Part shown: positions 9,396-16,385 of the stretch, in pieces
How the letters are laid out: the number at the start of each line of letters is the position of its first letter
Numbering within the stretch: position 1 is the stretch's first letter
Source of the DNA: a virus
Lineage: Duplodnaviria > Caudoviricetes
Direction: 5' to 3' (one strand)
Virus record (IMG/VR): IMGVR_UViG_3300019874_000013
Coordinates: 1-39,367 of that record
Length of the DNA: 39,367 nucleotides
Program-made: the position numbers and the translations under genes
Notes under the pieces: model-generated
Told to the model about the DNA's origin: nothing
Databases searched by the model: none
What the model saw: the letters and a program-made list of their open reading frames with translations, nothing else

Positions 9396-9929
9396 ATGGT
9401 CAAAAGCCTATACGCTGATCGGGATACAGTAGGTACTATTTATAGGAACCTGCAAGAAACAGGATCGAAGGATAAAGTAGAGGTTGGGGATATGTGCCGA
9501 GAGGTCATGTCTTCGCTTGTTGAAGATCTGAACGATACCATTAAGTCTGATCCCTATGAGGGCAAGCCTTTTTATATCTGTATCCATGAAAAGAAAGATA
9601 TGATGATGCCTTCGATGCTCTTACGTCGCGTCATTACTTCTTTATATCGCCCATATCCTGAGGATGACACTACAGTTTTTTGGACAAGTCCTAAGTCTAA
9701 CGAAACGCTTTTTTGCTGGTGTATCCCTCATTGGTCTGAGATGGACAATATCATAGCCAATGAAGAGCTTTATGATGTCGATCTAGTTTTAACTATCAAG
9801 GCCTGGAAATCGTATAACCTGGAGTATTTCGGGTTTATGAAAGACGATATAGGCAATTGGATTCCCAATCTTAGGATTAAGGATAAGAAGATGGAAGCGC
9901 CCAAGAGCCGGTTGATTCTTCCATGTTAA
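9396..9929 (+). CDS. Hypothetical protein in the head module
   Basis: 177-aa ORF between portal and scaffold. Confidence 0.75.
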   Translation: MVKSLYADRDTVGTIYRNLQETGSKDKVEVGDMCREVMSSLVEDLNDTIKSDPYEGKPFYICIHEKKDMMMPSMLLRRVITSLYRPYPEDDTTVFWTSPKSNETLFCWCIPHWSEMDNIIANEELYDVDLVLTIKAWKSYNLEYFGFMKDDIGNWIPNLRIKDKKMEAPKSRLILPC

Positions 9930-10180
9930 TTCCACTCTACATTATAGATGGATATATTTCTGACCCAATATTCCTTGTTATGATTTCTCATAGCCTGATC
10001 AGAGCATTCTCTTGAGCAAAACTTCCGTCTATTAGCTGGAATCGCTCCCTTGCATATCCTACATTCAAGTTTAGTTTTTATAGTACAGCTTAATTTTTGT
10101 TTATATACACATTTATAACATTCGCTCTTTCCGAAGAAATCCGACTCTTTTACCTCTGTAGAACAGGTAGGACAAATCAT
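9926..10180 (-). CDS. Zinc-finger protein
   Basis: CPTC, CYKC, CRIC and FCSREC; GAGG RBS; opposite strand to the structural operon. Confidence 0.65.
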   Translation of the reverse strand: MICPTCSTEVKESDFFGKSECYKCVYKQKLSCTIKTKLECRICKGAIPANRRKFCSRECSDQAMRNHNKEYWVRNISIYNVEWN

Positions 10181-10306
10181 ATTACCTCACTTGTTAGTTG
10201 ATATTTAAATTTTTATTCTTTAACGTCCAGATAAAGGTTTCGGCGCGCCTAAAAGCGTCAGATATCGGCCGAAAATCGTCTCGCCAACGAAACAAAAAAG
10301 GAACTC

Positions 10307-11068
10307 ATGGAAGAAGAAGTCTTAAATAGCAGTATAGAAGAGGTCGCTCCTCAAGAATCCCAAAACCATAGAGAAGGCACTGAATCGGAGCCTCAAAACT
10401 CGAAGCCGGAAGTCGACAACTGGCAGCAGAGAAATTTTAAGGCTATACGAGACAGGCAAAAAGAACTCGAAAGAGATCTGCAAATGCAAAGGGATCTGAA
10501 TGAAAAGCTAATGGCGATGGCCAAAGCATCTCAGCCTCCTCCGCCTATAGAGGTAGATGAATTAGATTCCATATCCGATGAGGAGTACGTTCCCAAGGGC
10601 AAGTCTAAAAAGCTAGTCCGTAAGGAAGTAGAACCTTTGAGGAAAGAGATAGAGGAGCTTAAAATGCAACTCAATCGACGGGATAAACAAGATCAATTCC
10701 ACTCTTTAAAGCGTCAATTTGCCGATTTCGACGAGGTGGTTAATAACCAAACTATGGCCCTCCTTGAAGAAACAGAACCTGAGTTGGCTGAGACTATACT
10801 AGACCTTAAAGACCCTTATAAAATTGGTGTACAGACTTATAAATACATCAAAGCTCTTGGAATCCAAGGTAAATTACCGGATGCCAGACGCGCAAAGGAA
10901 GTAGATCAGAAGCTTGCGGCAAATGCTAAAACCATTCCGTCGCCTATAGCTTCAGATAAACGTCCAATGGCCCAAGCATTTAGGCTTACCGAAGCCGAGA
11001 AGAGCAAGCTTTATGAGGAGATGACAGGTTACGCTCGATTGGCATCTTCCGTGCCGGAGATGGGTTAA
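10307..11068 (+). CDS. Putative capsid scaffolding protein
   Basis: Acidic N-terminus and coiled coil; immediately upstream of the capsid gene. Confidence 0.7.
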   Translation: MEEEVLNSSIEEVAPQESQNHREGTESEPQNSKPEVDNWQQRNFKAIRDRQKELERDLQMQRDLNEKLMAMAKASQPPPPIEVDELDSISDEEYVPKGKSKKLVRKEVEPLRKEIEELKMQLNRRDKQDQFHSLKRQFADFDEVVNNQTMALLEETEPELAETILDLKDPYKIGVQTYKYIKALGIQGKLPDARRAKEVDQKLAANAKTIPSPIASDKRPMAQAFRLTEAEKSKLYEEMTGYARLASSVPEMG

Positions 11069-11102
11069 ATCTCGGCCTACTTAGGAAAAAAGTAGGCTAA
11101 AA

Positions 11103-13885
11103 ATGACAGTATCATTAAATACTATGCCGTCGCAGATTCAGCAACGGTATAACCAAAAGCTCTTGAGTACTCCAGAGCGCAACTTGATCCACAATTTATT
11201 TGCGGTTCCTGTTGAGCTACCGGATAACCAAGGGTTTATTGATAGACAGTCTCGTTATGACAGACTAGATCTATTCCCAGTGCCTCTCGATGATGCACAA
11301 ACTAATCCTCCTTCTCAGCTATTGAATAGAGTGGATGTCGATAATTGCAGTCGACATATTAGTGATTATTATGCTTTAGCGGCGTAATTGTGCAGGGTTC
11401 GTGTCTATGCAACATATATTGTGTTGACCAGACAAGTAACCATCACTAACGAGGATAGAATTGTGTCCTCGATAAACCTAAGATGATTGACTTGGAAGCC
11501 CTCGCAGCTCGACTGGAGGGTAACAAGGGGCAAGTGAATATAAGGATTTAACTGGATGATCGCGAAACCGGGAATTAATAGAACGAAGCTCAAGGTAACA
11601 TTGATATCGAATATCATGTATTTCATGAGATACTTCTTTCTTTTGAAGCCTTCGATGAGGAGTGAATGTATTTCTCATTCTCATCATGATTTCGCATTGT
11701 CTTTTTTTAACAATCAAGTAGGGATAAATTTTTGGCATAAGAGAGTCAAGCGTAGAACCGGAAATCTGAGCATTATAAATAGTTCTCTCCTTAAGAGAGA
11801 CTCTAGTTTTTCGCTCTTGTTGGTTGTTCGTTGTTTGAGCTTTTTCCTTAACCCAATCCATCAAGTCTTTGTCAGTGTTGCTGATTTTGATATAGGTGTG
11901 ATAGTTAAGAAGATCATGGGTAGCTTTAGTGCGGAAGAGTCCGATGAAAAAGCACCCTTCGCCATCAATAATCCCTGCGAGGTAAGCAAGTTCTATATCT
12001 GTCATATAAACCTTTTGTTTAAGACAGTATAGTATACAGCTAATACTTATATTTGTACAGCCTGAACGACTAAGTTCTTGGGACGCGAAAGCGTATGCGA
12101 TAGTCTGAACTCCACGAATAAATAAAGGTGGAGAGGGAAGGCCGAAGAGCCATCCCCGCCTATGTAAAACAGATTTACATAGGTCATAAAAGTAACAGAT
12201 TGCCAGTCCTTAATAGCGCGGCCGCTCGTTTGGGCCAAGCAATGAGAGAAACTCAGGACGTTCTACAGCGCGATAACCTCGAAAGTACAGCTTCGGTGAT
12301 AAATTGCGTCGGTAAAAAATATACTGCCGACCTTAAATCTTCTCTGATTGACTTGGAACTCCTCGCCGCATAAGCGGACGGACAACAAGGCGGAACCCAG
12401 TTTACATGGGACCGTGAACGACTAAGTGAGAAGACTTCAACGTCCACTGAACATGGATCTCTTGAAGAAGCGATAGTCTGAACTCTATGGAAACATAGAG
12501 AGGGAGACCCGAAGAGGTTTCCCCGCCTAGGAAACTAGGTCATAAAGTAACAGATTGGGTGTTAACGGCGACTTGCCTACAGAAATGTCGATTAGCGATG
12601 TTGACGATGTTGTTACCGTTCTACAAGGTAACAGCGCAGAGTATATCACTAATATGATCGAAGCGACGAACCAGTTTTCGACTTCGGCCATCGGCGATTC
12701 TTATGGTTGCATGTTGACCACAAGAATGATCCCTGTGCTGAACAACATTGCTGGATTTACTCGTAAGCAGTTCTATCCAAATAGTACAACTCATACTCTT
12801 TCGTCAGAATGGGGTGGAGTTAATAACGTCCGCTTCTTTATTTCGGAGCAGGGTTCAGTTACACCTAATGCGTCTCTTAATGGTGCCGACATCGCTAACT
12901 GCTTTGTTGCTGCTAAAGAGTCGTATAAAGTCGTATGGCAGACCGGAGGTAAGGCTAAATTTATTTACTTGCCACCTGGGTTAAATGATTGGGCCCAGGA
13001 TAAATCTTCTCTGATTGACTTGGACCTCCTAGCTGCGTAAGCAGTGGAAGACAAGGGCGAAGATTAAATGGTAATATATCTTACCACAGGTTATAATAAA
13101 CACAAAAAGGATGTGTTTGTGGTAACTAGTAGGATATGTACCACATGTAACATTGAGAAGTCTTTCGATGAGTTTGGAAATTCAAAGAAAGGTAAATGGG
13201 GAAAAAGAGAGGTTTGCAAACCTTGCAAGCGTATTAAAGATAGAGAATACGAAAGGGCGAATCCCGACAAGATGACTGCTAAACATGATAGATGGGCAAA
13301 GAAAAATGAAGCTCATTTAGCAGCATACAGACATAAACGATATGAAAATAACCCTGAGCCTTACAAGGCCAGTTCAATAGAATATCGTAAGAAAAAGAAT
13401 AACGAGCCTGTGAAGAAGTATAAATATAAATACCCTCACAAAAAAAAGGCACATTTATATGTTGAATTAGCGGTCCATTATGGGCATCTGATTAGACCGG
13501 ATCGTTGTTCTAAATGTGGGATAGAATGTAAACCTCAAGGTCATCATCATGATTATGGCCTGCCTCTAGACGTTACATGGTTATGTCCAAAGTGTCATGG
13601 CTTTGAACATAGATTTAAACACGCTGAACGACTAAGTGAGAAGACCATTGTTGAAGACAGTGGAAGCGATAGTCTAGACTCTATGGAAACATAGAGAGGG
13701 AGATCCGAAGAGGTTTCCCCGCCATCGTGAAAAGGTGGTCAGTAGGTCTGCAAGGGGCTGAAAGTAATAGTTTTGACAATAATGACCCTTGCATGCTTCG
13801 GCACACAGCCGGCGCAAGCTTTTACCAGGGACAATGCATTACCAATGACCTATGGATGCAAAACTTACGCTCAACAGGCATCTAA
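11103..13885 (+). CDS. Major capsid protein (N4-gp56-like), spliced: join(11103..11342,11391..11456,12203..12313,12558..12981,13776..13885), 316 aa
   Basis: Exons total 951 nt in one open frame: ...LNRVDVD|CRVRVYATYIVLTRQVTITNED|PVLNSAAARLGQAMRETQD...NCVG|GVNGDLP...PPG(Y)|NNDPCMLR...STGI*. TNEDPVLN..A..LG and E.G.V.NVRF resemble N4-gp56-type capsids. Confidence 0.88.
11343..11390 (+). other. 48-nt coreless group-I-like mini-intron (insertion 1)
   Basis: Follows a U and ends in G. P1 is ATGTCGAT/GTCGACAT with U.G at the junction; P10 is TGCA/TGCA. Contains an in-frame stop. Confidence 0.7.
11457..12202 (+). mobile_element. Group I intron 2 (746 nt) with antisense LAGLIDADG ORF
   Basis: P1 CGAGGAT/GTCCTCG (U.G); P3 CCTAAGA/TCTTGGG; P7 GACTA (12068)/TAGTC (12101); terminal G at 12202. 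Confidence 0.92.
11478..12005 (-). CDS. LAGLIDADG homing endonuclease (single motif)
   Basis: LAYLAGIIDGEGC, ISNTD and IYPYLIVKKRQ; AAAAGG RBS. Confidence 0.92.
   Translation of the reverse strand: MTDIELAYLAGIIDGEGCFFIGLFRTKATHDLLNYHTYIKISNTDKDLMDWVKEKAQTTNNQQERKTRVSLKERTIYNAQISGSTLDSLMPKIYPYLIVKKRQCEIMMRMRNTFTPHRRLQKKEVSHEIHDIRYQCYLELRSINSRFRDHPVKSLYSLAPCYPPVELRGLPSQSS
12314..12557 (+). mobile_element. Group I intron 3 (244 nt, no ORF)
   Basis: P1 GTCGGT/GCCGAC (U.G); P3 TCTTCTC/GAGAAGA; P7 GACTA (12420)/TAGTC (12474); P9 CTCTATG-GAAA-CATAGAG; terminal G at 12557. Confidence 0.93.
12982..13775 (+). mobile_element. Group I intron 4 (794 nt) with HNH ORF
   Basis: P1 CCTGGGT/GCCCAGG (U.G); P7 GACTA (13630)/TAGTC (13670); P9 GAAA hairpin; terminal G at 13775; splicing creates a TAC codon. 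Confidence 0.92.
13068..13694 (+). CDS. Intron-encoded HNH-like (Zn-binding) endonuclease
   Basis: CTTC...CKPC N-terminus; RPDRCSKC...GHHHDYGLPLDVTWLCPKCH. Confidence 0.8.
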   Translation: MVIYLTTGYNKHKKDVFVVTSRICTTCNIEKSFDEFGNSKKGKWGKREVCKPCKRIKDREYERANPDKMTAKHDRWAKKNEAHLAAYRHKRYENNPEPYKASSIEYRKKKNNEPVKKYKYKYPHKKKAHLYVELAVHYGHLIRPDRCSKCGIECKPQGHHHDYGLPLDVTWLCPKCHGFEHRFKHAERLSEKTIVEDSGSDSLDSMET

Positions 13886-13897
13886 GGAGGATCAATT

Positions 13898-14968
13898 ATG
13901 TTACCTTACTCAATGATTGCTGGCGGAAGATTTAATCTTACCACAGCGAATATTGCATCGGGCTTAGACCTAGTATGCAACAGCCAGAACCCACCTGATT
14001 ATATCGAGTTAAAGTCGATTACGGGATGGGGTGAATCAGGAGATGCGCAAGCTATTGAATGGTTCTGGGAAAAGTCAATGGCACAAGGAACAGCTAAAGG
14101 TATTCTTCAAGCTTCAGAAGCTTCTACCCCACAGTTACCAGCCATGACTTCCTACACAATTGCTGCTAATGGTATCACTACCTATGACACAGCAAATCCA
14201 CCTTCTTTTGCAGCTTTAGCCTCATCTGACATCAATAAAACGACTTTTGTCGTTACGATGGCAAACACAGCGGCTATTTCTGTGGGTGATTTAGTTCGCG
14301 TTACTGTTCCTGTGGATATGTACCAAGTAGCTACTTATGTTTTCGGAGTGACAGCAGTTACCGCTAACACAAGTATTACACTTGGTTATATGGCTAGCGC
14401 TGTGAGTGCTGGATTAGCTGCTTTTGCTAACAATGCCGATACAGCAAATATCACTAAGTTCATTCAGAATAGAATGTACCCAAGATATGCTTATATCGCT
14501 TTGATTACACAAGCTGCTCAAGCCGTTGTTTATTTCACTGCACCTAACGACTTTACCCCAGGTGAAATCGTTTCTTTCAGAGTCTCTTCCGCTTATGGAA
14601 TGGACGAAATTAACAACAAACCAGCTCGCGTGCTTAGCGTAACAAATAGTGCAACCGTATCTTCGATCACAATTGATCTAGATACATCAGGATTCACCGC
14701 ATTTTCTTTCCCAACATCGGCAGTAGCCCTTGCTGGTGTAAGCCCTGCGGTGGTAGTGCCTTCATCGTCTGGCGTAGTGCCTCTCAATGGTAGTGCTACT
14801 AATCCTCAGCAGCCTCCTGGTACTAATCTCTTAGATACGTTTGATGATAGAAACGTGAGAGTTGTTCATTTAGGCGCTGGCCTGTTTAACGTGGCATCTC
14901 ATGCCTCAGATAACGGAGACGTTTGGATGTATAGATTCTTCAAATATGATGACTATAAGACAGTATAG
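13898..14968 (+). CDS. Virion structural protein (beta-rich, FCCH-like domain)
   Basis: AAGGAGG RBS right after the capsid stop; Ala/Thr/Val-rich; ITQAAQAVV...GMDEINN. Confidence 0.75.
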   Translation: MLPYSMIAGGRFNLTTANIASGLDLVCNSQNPPDYIELKSITGWGESGDAQAIEWFWEKSMAQGTAKGILQASEASTPQLPAMTSYTIAANGITTYDTANPPSFAALASSDINKTTFVVTMANTAAISVGDLVRVTVPVDMYQVATYVFGVTAVTANTSITLGYMASAVSAGLAAFANNADTANITKFIQNRMYPRYAYIALITQAAQAVVYFTAPNDFTPGEIVSFRVSSAYGMDEINNKPARVLSVTNSATVSSITIDLDTSGFTAFSFPTSAVALAGVSPAVVVPSSSGVVPLNGSATNPQQPPGTNLLDTFDDRNVRVVHLGAGLFNVASHASDNGDVWMYRFFKYDDYKTV

Positions 14969-14977
14969 TATCTGAAC

Positions 14978-15009
14978 ATTAGACGCAACCCTAAGTGGTT
15001 GCGTCTAAT
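14978..15009 (+). terminator. 13-bp perfect hairpin, probable terminator or processing site
   Basis: ATTAGACGCAACC-ctaagt-GGTTGCGTCTAAT. Confidence 0.6.
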
Positions 15010-15030
15010 TAATCCTAAACTTATACTCCC

Positions 15031-15645
15031 TTGAAAAAGGAGTGTAAGTTGAAGATTTGTACATGGTGTAAAGAAGATAAGCATTTATTGGAGTTCCCTA
15101 AGAGAAAGACTACTAAAGATGGACTATATCCTTGGTGTAAGGAATGTTGTAGAAAAAAGACCAAGGATTATGTTTTAAAAAATCCTGAGAAAGTTAAAGA
15201 AACTTCAGAGAAGCGAAAAGACAAGCACCTTGAAGCCGCTAGAATTTACAAAAAGCTTCATAAAGAGAGTTTAGCAAAAAAGCAAAAAATTTATTATGAG
15301 ATAAATGCGGAAGCGTTAAAAGAAAAGGCAAGAGCATATTCTAAGAACTGCACGGAAGACCAAAAGAAAGCTCGTAGGGAATACTATCTTAAATGGAAAG
15401 AATCCGATAGTGGCAGAGAATATCTTAAGAACATAGCAAAAGAGAGAAGAATAAAATATAGAAAACAGTTTAAAGCTTCTCAGAAAGTTACAGATGCCGT
15501 AAGGTCTGGCAAATTAATTAGACCGGAAAATTGTAGTTTATGTGGAATGATAGGAAAAATAGAAGGCCATCACGCAGATTATTCAAAGCCTCTCGAGGTT
15601 ATTTGGGTATGTCGTAAATGCCACATGGCCATTCATAGAATGTAA
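15031..15645 (+). CDS. Free-standing HNH-like endonuclease
   Basis: CTWC...CKEC; LIRPENCSLC...GHHADYSKPLEVIWVCRKCH; same architecture as 13068-13694. Confidence 0.8.
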   Translation: MKKECKLKICTWCKEDKHLLEFPKRKTTKDGLYPWCKECCRKKTKDYVLKNPEKVKETSEKRKDKHLEAARIYKKLHKESLAKKQKIYYEINAEALKEKARAYSKNCTEDQKKARREYYLKWKESDSGREYLKNIAKERRIKYRKQFKASQKVTDAVRSGKLIRPENCSLCGMIGKIEGHHADYSKPLEVIWVCRKCHMAIHRM

Positions 15646-15669
15646 ACCCGCTTTACACAAGGAAAGCAA

Positions 15670-16038
15670 ATGGTAGAAATCAGAGAATACAATAAAAAAC
15701 AAACGAGCAGACTGCCTGCTGAAAAATATGAAGAAGAAGTGAAGAAGCTTAAAAAAGCGCATGAACGTCTTGTTAAAGGACGATTTGAATTCGTCGACGC
15801 TCAAGGCGGCTGGATTGAGTTCGCCTATCGGTTTTTCAAGGGCGATATGCTTGTTACCTATAAGCTGTATCACGGCGAGACTACAGAGCTTCCCGCTGGT
15901 ATTGTAAAGCATATCAACAACACGAAGAAAAAGGTGCGCAAGTTTGCTATAAACCTTGATCCTTCTAGCAATCGTGGTGTTCCATCGACTTACGAAGTTC
16001 AATCAAGGATTTCATTTATCCCATGTGAATCCTTATGA
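15670..16038 (+). CDS. Hypothetical protein (structural module)
   Basis: AAGGA RBS; coupled to the next gene. Confidence 0.7.
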   Translation: MVEIREYNKKQTSRLPAEKYEEEVKKLKKAHERLVKGRFEFVDAQGGWIEFAYRFFKGDMLVTYKLYHGETTELPAGIVKHINNTKKKVRKFAINLDPSSNRGVPSTYEVQSRISFIPCESL

Positions 16039-16385
16039 CGGGTTTCTTTCCATCTAAGGTAGAGATCGAGGACATATCCAATGCTCAATATGGAGTGGTT
16101 ACATTTATTGAAGACCATGAATTTTTAGTAAATGAGATCATTGGATTGCGTGTATCGAAACCGTATGGCATGGTGGAAATTAATAACAGGCAAGTTAAAA
16201 TTTTAGATTTGACCTCTGATTCTGTAACTGTGGATGTGGATACTACGAACTTTACCCCATTCACGGTTCCGGGATCTCTGATTGGGACATCACCGCCTTA
16301 TGCGGTGCCTTCAGCATCAGGAGTTGATCTAGCTTCCGCTTTGCCGAGAACGATATTAGAAGATGCTTTTGACAATAGGCCATAA
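16035..16385 (+). CDS. Structural protein paralogous to the C-terminal domain of 13898-14968
   Basis: LRVSKPYGMVEINN...DVDTTNFTPF...AVPSASGV matches FRVSSAYGMDEINN...DLDTSGFTAF...VVPSSSGV. Confidence 0.75.
   Translation: MTGFFPSKVEIEDISNAQYGVVTFIEDHEFLVNEIIGLRVSKPYGMVEINNRQVKILDLTSDSVTVDVDTTNFTPFTVPGSLIGTSPPYAVPSASGVDLASALPRTILEDAFDNRP

Noticed and set aside
11385-11387. Stop-codon reassignment (alternative genetic code)
   Set aside because: TAA, TAG and TGA all end ordinary genes across the genome.
11343-11390. tmRNA gene or fragment
   Set aside because: Only the YALAA* peptide resembles tmRNA; there are no tRNA-like ends or pseudoknot-sized body.
11405-12447. ORFs 11405-11626, 11556-12032, 12047-12238 and 12253-12447
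   Set aside because: These are shadow frames over intron structure or the LAGLIDADG gene, with no recognisable motifs.
11103-13040. ORFs 11103-11387, 12128-12373 and 12555-13040 as separate genes or a capsid pseudogene
   Set aside because: They are exons plus intron read-through; splicing restores one continuous frame.
14970-15670. A fifth intron around the free-standing HNH gene
   Set aside because: No GACTA/TAGTC P7 pair was found, and the flanking genes are intact.
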